This document shows positions 37,386-50,658 of a DNA stretch of 64,000 nt, one piece after another. Origin of the DNA: Azolla caroliniana (lineage: Eukaryota > Plantae > Polypodiophyta); contig JBHGNT010000016.1 of assembly GCA_043228905.1 (NCBI GenBank), positions 7,440,001 to 7,504,000 of the forward strand. Direction: 5' to 3'. Each line of letters starts with the position of its first letter. Within the stretch, counting starts at the first letter, position 1. Made by a program: the position numbers and the translations under genes. Below the pieces are notes generated by a model. It did no database searches and was not told where the DNA came from. It saw only the letters and a program-made list of their open reading frames with translations.

Positions 37386-38030
37386 AGATGTTAGATCCCA
37401 CCTTGGCATTTGCACATCATTCAAGAACAACCATTTTAGAGAGGGAGACCAAACTCCTCCCGCCTTAGGACTTAGCTGCATAATTGAGTTGATTTAGAAA
37501 CATTCCTTTCCAGGCGTCTGACCTTGGGAACAATACTCGGATCACAAACTTAATAATCAAGAGGGCTCTTGACTACATCAAAGGATTTATCAAACCCAAC
37601 CCTCCATAGATTTTAGGTTAAATCAACACCTTCCAAGCAACTTTGGCCATTATTCCAAATCCATTTTTCCCCCCAAAGGAAATTACGGATCAAGCTTTGC
37701 ACTTTCATTATTGTTGACCTAGAGAATAACCCAAAAGATGTTATAAACCACATAGAGGCCAAAAGTATTGAGTTTGCTACTACAACCCAACCTGCAAAAG
37801 ACAATTGTTGGGCATCCCAATATAGTAGTTTACGCTTTATTAACAATAGTAGCGCGGATAGCATAGTTGAATCTTATTTCAAAACTATACCAGCTAGGCA
37901 TCCCAAATACCTAACAAATTCACCATGGTGAAACCATCGAAAAGCAGGACCTGGATACCAAGCGGGATGATGTTCTTCACCCACCCATAGTCCTACAGGA
38001 GTCCTACTGACTTGTTCCAATTAAGGAGGC
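37386..38030 (-). mobile_element. Degenerate L1/Tx1-like LINE ORF2 fragment (end of RT/thumb region), upstream half of the LINE at 15100-16627
   Basis: ORF 37613..37864 (LSFAGWVVVANSILLASMWF...IRNFLWG) parallels LSLVGRIRVANHVLLSTMWH...IKGFLW in 48199..48864. Confidence 0.8.
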
Positions 38031-38256
38031 ACGTGTGGGTTCTAAGAAATTCTGCAAAGAATTCTGTACCTAGGAATCATATATATGATTCCTTCTGTCC
38101 ATTCCGTCGGCATAGTCCCCATTCAGAATATTAGATTAGTTGCTCTAGTAAGAATTGGGGCAAGAAAATCCCAATAATACAAGTAGAAGCTTGTTTATGG
38201 GTGGGGGGTGAAGCCAAGAACAGCTCCACCCCCTTCCCAAGGGGGTTATGCATGAG

Positions 38257-38328
38257 GGAGAGAGAGACAGAGAGACAGAGAAACAGAGAAACAGAGACAG
38301 AGACAGAGACAGAGAAACAATGAGACAC
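38257..38328. repeat. GA/GAGACA-type microsatellite, inside a possible LTR-like fragment (about 38100-38630)
   Basis: GAGAGAGACAGAGAGACAGAGAAACAGAGAAAC... seen directly; the LTR context is only suggestive. Confidence 0.8.
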
Positions 38329-38861
38329 AAAAATGAGAGGGAAAAGTTCTATATTCCATTACATGCCCCATAGGAGGTTTATATAGTACATAATATAACG
38401 GTTACATAATGTGACCATTACAAAAAGACCGTTATATTCTTGTACACATGCACATAATCGTGCATGTGTTCATACACATATTTATCCTTACTCACACTCC
38501 TATACATTACACATATACCACAACCCATTTATCGTGTTTGACCCTTACACCGCTACGTACACTCCTACAGTAACACATGGCATGCATGTGGGACAATGCA
38601 TCACATGGTGAACCCACTTGCCATCACAACTCTTATCGAATAAAAATCCATCAATCGTCTCGTCGATCGGAAATCCCTCAACTAGATCACAGCTCTACGA
38701 TCGATAACTTCAATCAGAGCTTGCTTTACCCGAACCTTCTTGTTCGGTTAGCACATCGCATGATTGGATCACACACCAATCGGCTCGTCTTATGTGGCAT
38801 GGGGCTTAAAATTGTGTTGCATATATATGTATTCTTCGGTTTCTTCATGTGACTTGAGTTT

Positions 38862-39660
38862 TGTTAATAATTCAGTAATTAACTATGGTTAATTAGTGTC
38901 TAATAATGTGAGTAGTTGATAACGCAGCGAAAGATTATGTGATATGTGTGTGTATGTGTGTGAAAGGACGAGAAAGTGGAAGTTACACTTATGAACAATA
39001 AGATAAATGGGGGATGATTAACAAGAGTGTAGCTAAAGACCTATCTCTATATTAATAAGCATCAAAATACAACGATACCCACGTTGAGGTATATATACAT
39101 CTCATGTGCAAGGGTGCACATGTGTGAGGAGAATATAGGTACAAAGGTGTAAGTTCTATATTAAATGAACATGGGAGTGGAGGATCTACACTATATCCCA
39201 CTCAAGTACAAAAACCGATTTAAGGCTTTACGGTCAACACACTAACCAGATTCTATCTAGGTAACTACTAAGTTACTGGTTGAGTAACTAACTAAATCTA
39301 GTTGAGCTTGATATCTCAACACGCCCCCTCAAGCTCAAGTGTGAGGCGTCTAACATCCACTTTGGATTTCGGCTTCACCAGCTTTTGTCCGGCCTTTGGC
39401 TTTCTTCGGCCTTTCTGAGGTAGTTTCAATTACTCCCCCTCAAGCCGGTGACGAAGGCTTGTAGTGTGAAATGGGCGAAGGCTGACTGCTTCCGCCCATC
39501 GTGAGTTATGACCCATCTTTGTAGAGCTCTTGGGCTCTTGTTCGGCCACTACCTTCATAGCGAAGGCATAATGATGGGCCATATACTCGTCGTAGCCAAG
39601 CTGAGTGACGGGGTTCTTCTCTCTAGATGAGCGTCGATCAACCTCTGAATTCGTCTTCTC
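38862..39660 (-). mobile_element. Copia family C remnant: 3' LTR at 38862-39321, two PPTs and an INT-RT linker fragment; RT/RH deleted
   Basis: LTR similar to 16628-17062. Minus ORF contains LGYDEYMAHHYAF...EPKS. PPT copies at 39322-39333 and 39433-39444. Confidence 0.85.
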
Positions 39661-39669
39661 CCTTGGCAA

Positions 39670-41204
39670 CGAAGCTATATCCTTGAGCAATAAGAAACAG
39701 CTGACAATTGCACTATCGATCACATAGGCCAAATATAGGGGCACAACCATGGCAGCATGTGAAACCGTATGGCTCAAGAGGATTCTAAAGGATCTGGACG
39801 TCTCCATCAAAGATCCAATCCTCCTATATTCTCGGATACCTACCAGAAAACATTGTCACTTGGCCAACTTCAGTTCTTCTCTCGAACTTGATTAACTTGG
39901 CCAACGAACGAACGAATAAGGCCTATAGGGCGGGCACAAAGCGGTTTTCATCATTATGCATGAAGGCGCACATGTCGGCTCTTTGCAAAACATGAGCAAT
40001 ATTCACCTAGCTCGGAACCTAGTCTTCCACGCTCAGACTAAGCACATCGAGATGCATTATCATTTCATCTGAGAAGGTGTCCTTGTTGGAGATGTCGACT
40101 TGCAACACATCAGAACAAACCTGCAAATGGTCGACATCTTCACGAAGGCTCTAGGAGTCGACAACCTGCAGCAGTTCCTGACGAACTTGGGTCTCTTGAC
40201 TGCTGACTAGCCGACCTTGAGGGGGAGTGAGACTAAGCCTGAGTCACCTACCGCTGACACGGAACCCGGACAAAAAAGAAGACGCGAAGTTGGATGGAGT
40301 AGAATGAACACAACAAACAAAGTGAGCTGACCATCCACAACTGAAGCCGGAGCCAACTACCAAAGTCGACTCAGATACCAGTCAAAACCCAAGCCGATTG
40401 TCCAACGATCGGAGGTTGTGTTTGAAGGGGCGTGTTGAGAATCAAACTAAATTTCCCTAGTGTGGGAACACACCTTAGGATCATCCAAGTGTGTGAACAC
40501 CCCAATACTTTGTATCATAACTAATGTATCATAGAACTCAACTCCTATGACACATAATTAGTAGGCAATTAAGTCTCCGCCTCTTTCTCAAGAGGTAGTT
40601 GTAGTAAGAAAGTATAGACAGAAGGAGACTACATAAGCACCTTTGTTTCCATCCTTACTGTGGTGATGTATGGTTGACCAAGGATAACAGGGTAGGTTGA
40701 TCGATCCTGCACAAAGAAATTTTGATTCACCGATGTTGGCCACCTTGGACAGTCAAGTGGGAAAAGTCGAGAAGGAGAAAAGACAAAGGGATGGTTACGG
40801 CAAGCGAAGAAGACGGGTGGGGTCGTAGCGTAATGAAGAGGGAGTCACAGCTGTAGCGTAGGGACAACCGAAGCATAATTAATATGTTTAGAAAAAGTAA
40901 CAGTTCACGCACTGAGCGTAACCGACCATAACTCTATATATAAAGGGCATTGAAAACTTGTAATTGTGAGTGATAATTTTGTATCCAAGCATCTACAATA
41001 TAGTTTCTATTTGCCTAACTTCCGTGTTCCCATAACTCTTCGTATTTGTTCATGTCGAGTTCCTTTTCTGTGTCAAGTCATATACGTTGCGTATGCTATT
41101 GCGCAATAGCTCAGTTATAGCCATCCTCCTAATCTCCACAGTCTCCACGATTAAGTTAACAACTACGGGCTCAGTGTATAGTCACCCGTAATACGGTTAC
41201 AACA
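39670..41204 (+). mobile_element. Copia remnant (family D): RNase H, short extension and 3' LTR (about 40433-41204)
   Basis: Plus-strand ACETVWLKRILKDL, FHAQTKHIEMHYHF and DIFTKAL. PPT-like tracts at 40216-40227 and 40421-40432 followed by TGTTGAG; TATATAAA near 40936. LTR right end is approximate. Confidence 0.8.
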
Positions 41205-41790
41205 TACTCCCCATTCTTGACCACAACACCCTTGAGCCGAACCCCAAAGGATTGAGGATTCGGCACCGTGTCACCTTAAACGGGTAACAACCGACACACC
41301 TCCAATTGTTACCTTCACACTGGGACATGCTCCGAATAGATCCTCTGTAGTCTCTATGGCAGCCCTTATTTTCCACCCATGATTCTTGTTGATCGGCCAT
41401 CGTCCTTGAGCATAAAATTCCGATGACATCATGTTAATCTCTTATCCATGATCGATCAAAGCAATACATGGAATTTGTTGCTCCCCAATTTTTGTAGGTG
41501 CCTCCATTGTTGCTCGAGCCCAATGCTCCATTGTATAGTGACTCATATTCCCTTCATGAACCCCAACATCATTTCTGTTTTTTACACTTGCAGCGTTAAT
41601 GGTGCCACCATACAAATTTTGGATTGTTGTTACACACCCTCCCATAACTTCCTCCGTCACCTGACTCTTTCTTCTTATAATATCTATGATAACTTCATGA
41701 AATTCTTTCTTCGCTATACCCAACACTTCTCTTAAAGTAAATTCTACCTTACTATTTAATATTGTCCTAGATAATCTAGCATGTGTAGTA
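41205..41790 (-). mobile_element. Fragment of another gypsy-like element (gag/protease junction); the matching gag N-terminus is probably 46480-46760
   Basis: ...EFTLREVLGIAKKEFHEVIIDIIRRK...HWARAT...ALIDHG ends in an aspartic-protease-like LIDxG. 46522..46722 reads GIFEGTNLTRFLKIY, gag-like. Family assignment is from recalled similarity only. Confidence 0.55.
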
Positions 41791-41799
41791 TCATTTAAT

Positions 41800-44700
41800 A
41801 TAATTAGTATCCCAGAACATCCCATTGTTTTAGGATTACAATGGTTCGAATAACATGACCCAGACATAGATTGGAGAACAAGAGAAATCCGGTATCGACA
41901 AGCCCGAGGATCTACTCATAAGATTGCAACCATTTCGCTACATCAGTTGTAGGAAGGACGCAAGGAAGAAATTTTTCTCTTCGCAATATCAGTAAAACCC
42001 TCTGACACCACTAAAGAGGAGTCCGCCGTTCAACTTCCAAAGAAGTATCATCATTATGCCGATGTGTTCGATAAAGTACCAGCCAATACGCTTCCTCACC
42101 ATCGACCGTATGATTGCCCCATCGATTTACAACCGGGAAAAGAGCCACCATGAGGACCGATCTACAATTTGTCACCAACCGAGCTAGAAGTCTTTCGAGC
42201 CTATATAGAGGAGAATTTGGAAAATGGCTTCATTCGACATTCGAAATCTCTAGCTGGCACACCCATTTTCTTCGTCAAGAAAAAGGATGGATCACTTCGT
42301 CTCGTTGTAGATTACCGTGGCTTGAATAAGGTCACCATCAGAAATAGGTATGCAGTTCCCCTTATCTCAATTCTTTTAGAACGGATCAATGGTGCAAGGT
42401 TCGTCACGAAGATCGACTTATGGGGAGCATATAACCTCATACAGATCCGATCGGGAGATGAATGGAAGACCGTGTTGTCGCGGTATTCCGCGGGTACGTG
42501 TAGGATCTTAGGCGGGACCGCGGGGGTCTTGGACTAGGGAGACAGATGGTGGAGTCCTTAAGCTTTGTGGGCTTCAATCCGGAATCGGCTTCCGGCTCCA
42601 ACGAATGTAGGGTTTCACAAAAACGGTTCACCCCGAATATGGACCCGATTCAAATACGTTACAAGGAAGATAGATATACGCTAACATGAATATATTTTAC
42701 AAGAGCTTTACAACAAGACGGTTACATGCCCCGAATCCGGTGGCTATTACAAACAATCGGCTAATACATCAAGATAAGAATGAGGGACTAGCGAAGGCGA
42801 GTCAAGTGGGCCGCCGGGACTGCGACGTCCATCGTTGGTCACGCCCCGAAGATGATGGAGTGTTCTCGTGCCAGTTTGCCCTCCCTTCTCGAACCGGCTG
42901 CCATGCGAAACGCTCTCCATCGAGGAGAGGAAACCGAACCTCCAAGTGCCGCCACCGGAATGCCGAAGAGCCGCCATTGCAGAAAACCCCAAACCAAAAC
43001 ACTAACTCGACCAAGAAGAAGGTAAACCCAAAACCCCAAGCTTATGAAACCTAGATCACATAAAGAACCCTGAAACCCTAAATCCCCCATGATCTCTCAC
43101 AAGATGAAGAACGAGACGAAGCACTAAACCTCCACTCAAGAAGAAGGAATCAACCCATAAGACAAAGAAGAAGAAGACCCAAAATGAAACCCTAAATGAA
43201 ATAGGGAGAAAGACCAAAGTAGAAACCCTAAGAATAAGATGAAGACCAAGAAAACTACCAAACCCTAGACCTAAGTGGTATACCCTTCCTAACTCAAAAT
43301 GGGCAACCCCTCTACAAGGGAATCTCCCTTCGTTTTATAGAACAAGGAGAGGGATGCGTAACAATGTGGAATAAATCCCGATTTACATTGGATTCTCTGT
43401 CCCAACTTAACTCCTACTCAGCGCCATAAAGGCACCCCTATCACCTACACCATTTGTACAAGGGTGAGTGCACATGCTCCACCTCACCGATTCTTCCGAT
43501 ATTCCCCGGTTTCTCACCATGGCCCGGAATCATCACAGCAACGTTTTGCACCAGATATGGGCACTTCGAGTATACAGTCATGCCGTTCGGCCTCACTAAT
43601 GCGCCAGCAGTATTCCAGCACATGGCAAATGATATATTCCGAGATCTCTTGGATGTTTGTTTGATCATCTATTTGGATGATCTACTGGTTTATTCGAAGA
43701 CCCAAGAAGAGCATGATTCTCATGTATTGTTAGTATTAAAACGACTTCGAGAACATGGTCTTTATGCAAAGTTGGAAAAATGTAGTTTCGGGTGCAAGCA
43801 GGTGGAATTTCTAGGCTATGTCATCTCCTCGAAAGGCATCTCCATGGATCTAGCTAAGGTCAACACGGTGGTAGAGTGGCAAACTCCGCATTCGTTGCGA
43901 GATGTGCAATGCTTTTTAGGCTTTGCCAATTTCTACCACAAGTTTATACAGGATTACCCAAAGCTTGTTCTACCTCTCAAACAACTTACTAAGAAGGGAC
44001 AATCATTCATTTGATCTGAAGAAGCGGACATGCCTTTTGAGAAGGCATTTACATCGGCTCCTATTCTAGTTCATGTTGATCCAGAAAATCCATTCATCAT
44101 GGAAGCGGACGTGTCGGATTTCGCATTGGGTAGTATTCTGTCACAAGGTAATGATGAAAAGCTACATCATTTGGCTTTCCACTCACGCAAGTTTGACGCC
44201 GCCGAAATCAACTATGAAATTCATGATAAGGAGCTATTAGCAATAGTGGACTCCTTTACGCAATGGAGGCATTTTCTAGAGGGATCCTCTCATCAAGTCA
44301 CCGTATTCAGCGATCACAAAAACCTTGCCTACTTTCAGAGTGCTCGTGTGTTAAATCGACGTCAAGCTCGGTGGGCCCAATTCCTCACGCATTTCGACTT
44401 CAAAATTACATATCGTCCGGGGAAGCACCAAGGGAAGGCAGATGCATTATCACGGCGTTTGTATCTAGCACCGCGTCCCGGTGAGCCAGCTTTGGATAAC
44501 CAAAAGCAAGTAATCTTGGGACCGGCACGACTGCAAGCAACACAGGTCTTCGGCATGCCCTTGGATTCCCACGTTATCGATACCATACATGAGGACTTGA
44601 AGACAATGCTTTCGCCCAAGCCATTCTAGCACAAATTGATCCCTCTCGAGCATCTTGTTCACAGTCGCAACAACCAGGTACAGACGATCGACAATTCGAA

Positions 44701-46477
44701 TGTCATGATGGATTACTATTCTTTAAGAAACTCTTGTATGTTCCTAATGGTTCTTGCCGCCTTCGAGTAGTCCAAAACTGTCATGACACATATACAGTTG
44801 GGCATTTTGGTAGTACTAAGACATTAGATTTAGTACTACGATCATTCTGGTGGTCCTATATGCGACAATTTGTTGAAGATTTTGTTCAGACTTGTGATAC
44901 ATGTTGCAGAGCAAAAATGCCAAGGCATCATCCATATGGTTTATTAGAACCATTACCAATTCCGAGCAAGTCGTGGCAATCCATTGCTCTAGATTTCATC
45001 ACAGATCTTCCAGTCTCTAAGGGATTCAATGTAATTTTAACAGTAGTAGATCGATATACGAAGATGGCTCATTTCCTTCCATGTATTAAGGAAATCTCCA
45101 GTGAAGAAACCGCCGAAATTGTCATGCGTGAAGTATGTCGGCATCATGGCCTTCCTGATAATATCGTCAGCGACCGTGGACCCTAATTCGTCTCGAAATT
45201 CTGGGAGCACCTTTTTAAAATGCTCAAGGTCACTTGTAACCTCTCTCCGGCTACCACCCACAAATCGACAGCCAAGTAGAACGAACAAATCAAACGTTGG
45301 AGCAGTATCTTTGGTGCTTTCTAAGCAATCATCAGGATGATTGGGCGGATATTCTCCACTTCGCCGAATTTTCCTATAATAACTTTGTCCACTCATCGAC
45401 TAAAGTTACACCATTTTATGCTTATATGGGTTGTCACCCCCGGTGGTGTGTATTTGAAACCCCTGAGTTACCCACAAATCCTTGCACAGAGGATCGTTTG
45501 GAACGGTTACGCAAGATACAAGCAGATTTATCTACTCATCTACAACAAGCTCAACAAACACACAAGGGTTACGTGGATCGTCATCAGCTTCCATCCAGTT
45601 TTAACATTGGAGATCGGGTATGGCTACTACGACGACACATCAAGACTACTCGCCCATGCGAAAAGTTGGATTATCGGTGACTAGGTCCTTTCCATATTAT
45701 TGGAAAGATTAATGATGTCGCTTTTCGTCTCGATCTACCCCCACAACTTAGCATACATCTGGTGTTTCATAGTTCTCTCCTCGAACCCTATCAAGACAGC
45801 ACCATCCCAAGACATATTCCACAACCTCCACCCCCGATCGAACTTGAAGATGGACCTAAGTACGAGGTTGCCACTATCCTCAATTCCAAGATTGTTCACA
45901 ACAAGCTCTACTATTTAGTTGATTGGCTAGGATATAGTCCCAACGAGCGTACTTGGGAACCAATAGAGAATGTGACCAATGCTCGTGCTCTTCTTGAAGA
46001 CTTCCATCGTCAATATCCAGATAAATCGGGTCCTCAATCCAAAACGAATCGTGACACTCGTCATTTTAAAGGGGGGATAGTGTCATGATATGGCAAGACT
46101 CGAACCCATAACCTTATGTTACATGGGTTGAGCTCTTGACCATTACACTATCTATTATAATACATAAGATATTATTTTTATTTAAGTTTTACTATAGAAA
46201 ATTAATGTATATTCCAAATTTCTCTGGAACATTCTAGAAGCTTCAAGACTACTCCTGAGAACACTATAAACGGAGGCACAAGGCATTATTTCGAACCAAA
46301 TTGGTTCAACGCCAATCTTAAGCCTCCTAGCCTTCCTTGTATATTCTTCTCACATAATATATCGTTGTCATCATCATTCTCTCTCTCTCTCTCTCTCTCT
46401 ACACCCTCTTTTCCTCTTAGTACTAATATTCCTCTCTTAGTACTAATTTCTTCTCTGTCTCAGTACTATTCTTGACA
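41800..46477 (+). mobile_element. Degenerate Ty3/gypsy chromovirus (Tcn1-like), 5'-truncated: end of PR, RT, RH, INT, chromodomain, 3' LTR at 46081-46477
   Basis: PIFFVKKKDGSLRLVVDYRGLN, IYLDDLL, EINYEIHDKELLAI, WQSIALDFITDLP, chromodomain YEVATILNSK...YLVDWLGYSPNERTWEP. PPT AAAGGGGGGATAG, LTR TGTCA...TGACA. Confidence 0.93.
42476..43540 (-). mobile_element. Solo LTR (about 1.07 kb) inserted in the RT of the second chromovirus
   Basis: RT motif GDEWKT|(AF)CTRYGHFEY is split exactly here. The insert starts TGTCG and ends ...CAGCA, has no coding domains, and resembles 3375-4121. TSD is degenerate. Confidence 0.8.
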
Positions 46478-46759
46478 CTTTGTAGTTCTTGGATCCTTTC
46501 TTGTAGCCCAATTGCAACAACTCAGCCAAAGCTATTAATTTTTGCCACTTTGCTGACACATCGTTTAAGCATTCCCTCATTGTAAATCTTCAAAAATCTT
46601 GTTAAATTTGTACCTTCGAAGATTCCAACTCGTGCGAGAATATTGTCGATGCTTGCCATCATCCCTTTCTCCCACATCATACGTTCCATCATCGTACACA
46701 TAAACCTCATTTGTTCCTCCATTTTTGCTTGTTTCCGCCTTCACATTGGGTTCACCAAA

Positions 46760-49700
46760 TATGTCTAGGTAGTTGTGGTTCATGGGGCGAAGTTGCAAGG
46801 ACTAAGGTTAAAGGGACTAGTATGGTGGTTGAGGAGAATTCCTTGCGGTTTTCACGATTTGGTTGGAAGGAGAGTGAAGGATATCACTCTAGATTGGATT
46901 GCATCTATGTGAGCCCCAAAATTGAGGATTGGAGTGGTTGCACATCCATTCTAGATGGCTTTACTTACTCCGATCACCTTCCAATTTCCTTGACTCTTGA
47001 TCCTATTCATAAGAAGAAGAGTGAGTGAATTTTGAGGATTCCCCTGAAGATTTTTGGTATCCATAAGGTTAAGGATGAAGTGATTAACATCTGGTCAGCA
47101 TCTCCATCATCTGACGACCCCATACAGGTACTAGAGGATAAGATTATTAATGCTTCACATGCTCTTCAGAAAGCGGCTAGAGAGGAGCTGGTAAGGTGTC
47201 ATTCCCAACTACAACGCTTGAGGAAGGCAGTCATCTCAGCTCAAAAGCTTACGCAAGTGGACCCACACTGTTCTTGGGCGAACGATTGACTACAGGAATC
47301 CACAAGGGTGTTGCAGGAGACTAGGCAGCAAAGGGAGCAATTCCTCTTATGAAAATTCGCAGCATGGTGGGCTATCAAGGGAGATAAAGTTAACAATGAG
47401 TTTTTTCTTACCAAGGCTCCAAAACTGAAGGGAAAGCCTATTCTAAGTCTTAAGCGAGAGGATGATTTGGTGACAACTGACCAAGATGAAATCTTGCAAA
47501 TGGTAACAAAGTATTACAGAGATCTTTTAGCTCCGACATTGACAGAAGCCCCACCGATTAACTTGATGCATCATGTAGTTGCATGCTTGAAGACTAGGAT
47601 TGGAGAGGTATCCAAATCACAGTTGTCAAAGACCATAGAGAAGGAAGAGATTGTAGTGGGGCTAGATAGGATTCATATCAGGGCCTGCCCTAGAGTTGAC
47701 GGCCTTCCCAAAGCCTTCTTCGTGGAATTTTGGGAGAATATTTTTCCTAGTTTGGAAGCTAGATTCCAAGAAATGTGGAGAACGGGAAGGATGTCGAGCA
47801 GCTTCAATGAAGGACTGATATACCTAATTCCTAAATCAGAGAAGGTGTAGGACGAGATTAGACAGTGGAGGCCCATCACCATTTTAATCTCATTTATAAA
47901 AAAATTGCTAACATACTAGTGCAGAGAGTCAAGCCCTTTTTAGGAGATATCATCCAGACCAATCAAACCGGTTTCATGGAGCATTGATCTATTATGGACA
48001 ATGTGATATTGTTTTGGGAGGATGTTCCGATAGCAAGGGAGACCAAGCAAAACTTAGCTTGTCTGATGCTTGACTTCGAGAAAGCCTATGATCAAGTGCA
48101 ATGGTATTTCCATGAAGAAGTGATTCATGAAGGTGATTGAGCTACCATGGGAATAGAGGTGTGCTGCTCAAGCCTTATATAAGAATGACTCAAGTAAGGT
48201 GTTGATTGCAGGGAGGAAAGGAGCTAGAATCTCTCTAGCTACATCCATCAGGCAAGGTTGTCCTCTCACCCCCTTTCTATTCCTCTTTATTATTGAAGCA
48301 ATGTCTGCCTTTTTGAATAGTCAGACGGAAAATTTACATGGTCTTTCAATCCCTAACACAAGACAATCCTTGCTCGACTCGGAGTTTGTGGACGATACGA
48401 TGCTATACCTCCAAGGTAATGACGCAAATCTGGGGAGGGCACAAATTGCTATCAATCTCTTTTGCAAAGCATCAGGGGTCATCGTCAATTGGAATAAGTC
48501 CAAGGTTTTTTGGATTAGCTCGGAGGCCGAGCCAGTATGGAAACCAAATGTTGATTTCAGAGGGATTGCAAAAGGGGAAGGCACCAGATATCTGGGAATG
48601 TGGATTGGTGTAGATATCGACAAAAGAATACAATTGCAACAAATTCAAAGTAAAATTTGCAACAAAATCCATATCTGGTCAGGGATGAATTTATCATTAG
48701 TTGGTAGGATCAGAGTAGCTAACCATGTGCTCTTGTCTACTATGTGGCATGCGGTCTTAGTGTGGATGTTTGACAGATATGTTATTCGTATTGTTAAAGC
48801 GTGTATCAAGGGCTTTCTATGGGTTGGGAATAGGAAAGACAACGCGACAGCTAAAGTACCATAGTCTACATTGATTCTTCCCAAAAGTAAGGGGGGTTTA
48901 GGATTGATCGACCCTGGAGTACAAAGTCAATCATTGCTATTTAAGGTATTGGTAAGGAGGTTGCTGCCCGGAAATGAGTTATGGAAAACATTGATTTTTA
49001 ATAGGAGCATCCTTTGGAGTCCACGACTTGGTGGGCATTGGAAGCCACATAAATCATGGCTATTTTGTATGGACTTAAAGCTTAGGAAGTCTAATCGGTT
49101 GGCTGATCGCACATATATGTCAGTGATGAAGGCATGGAATATGCTCCGTGGGCATCTTAGTCGTATAGGTCCAATTACTAATGTTGAATGGATGCACCAA
49201 CCCCTATTGTGGAACGAGGCCTTAAAGTTGAACGAGGGGAAGATGCTTGGCCAGAGCAAGAGTATGTCATGGGCTATATTGCATGGTGTTGGGATTCAGT
49301 CAATGGCAAATTGGATGTAGTTGTCCCCTAATAATGGGGAAGAGAGTGAATGGTTCGGACAATGTGGTGATACCAGAAAAGTTATCAATGCCAAGGGTAT
49401 AGGAAAGAATGGGAAGATCATCCAGTTGGGATCTGTAGTTGCAGGTGCTCATTGGCTCCCAATTAGAATTGTGGCACAAGACGGTAAGAAATGGAAGGTG
49501 AATCCATCAGTCGATGAGGTTGAGGAGGATTGGATCTTGTATGTAGTTGAAGGCAAGCCACTCGAGTGTTTAGAATGGGATCCTGCAGAATATACGTGGA
49601 GGGACGAACAAGGTAAATCACGTGGTTTCTTTGACTATGCAACTCGCTTGGGGAGACATTTATGATTGCATCGTGAGAAGTGTGTCAACAAATGGACCCA

Positions 49701-50658
49701 TGTAGTTGTCGATTCGATCTTTGTGGATAAAACCAGGAGCAGGATATAGAACTCATCCCTCCCCGAGAGGGTCAATGTGTTTTTTTGGCTAATCACCCAT
49801 CGAGTTGTTCCAACCGGAGAGTGGTTGAGGAAAAGGGGTGGCATGAGTAATTGCAAGGCCTGTGGAGCGAGTTTGGAGGACATCGCACATTTTTTATGGA
49901 GCTGCCTACGAGCCCAAGAAGTTTGGACGAGGAGCTTAAGAATTCTAGCTCGATGCGGGGTTGAAGTTCAGGTATCAAGTGCATCAATTGTTTGGTTAGC
50001 TACTGAATCGACTGCACGGTTTCATGGGTGGAATGGAAACAGCCCTTCTTTAAAGGTAGTGAATGGAACAGTTCAACCTGCAGCTCAAGGAGATTCATTC
50101 TACATGCAGGAATGGTACGTAGATGTTTGGTTTTTAGTGGTTGGCCTTACTATTTGGCAAGTGTGGGTATCTAAGTGCAAGGAGTCGTTTACGGGGAAGC
50201 GAACCCCATCGTCTGAGAGTTTAATGATGATTTGGTTTAATCTGATTTCTACGCTACAAGGAAAGTTTGACGGCCTTCATGGGCCCTCTGATGCGACTGA
50301 AGAAGCTAGATACCGCTTCCTTCTTAAATGGAGAGGTTCTCCAATGTTACAGATGGTGGATGGCAATGCAAAGTGGATTTATCAGCCACCTCGGTGGTTG
50401 TTTCCTCCTAGGGTACCAAACATAAAGGTAGGTGCTGAATTGTGAAGAGATTGGAGGGTGTCTTTGTTGAATGTGGGTGTGTGAGGCTCATGTTGAGGGG
50501 AGTCTATCGAGTAATTCTATGACGAGGCTTTGTTGCTTCATTTATACATGATGTTTTCTTGTAGCCATTGCAAAGTGGCTTGTAACATAGGAGTTTTATA
50601 TTATCCTATGTACTTTTTCTTAACTAATGGAAGTAGAATTTTTTTGGAAAAAAAAAAA
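46760..50658 (+). mobile_element. 5'-truncated degenerate L1/Tx1-like LINE (end of APE endonuclease, RT, zf-RVT, 3' UTR, poly-A)
   Basis: SRLDCIYV...SDHLPI, WRPITIL, LDFEKAYD, IRQGCPLTP, FVDDT, YLG, LPKSKGGLGL, CKAC...HFLWSC...VW. Stop at 50445 and an A-tract at 50648-50658. Confidence 0.93.
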
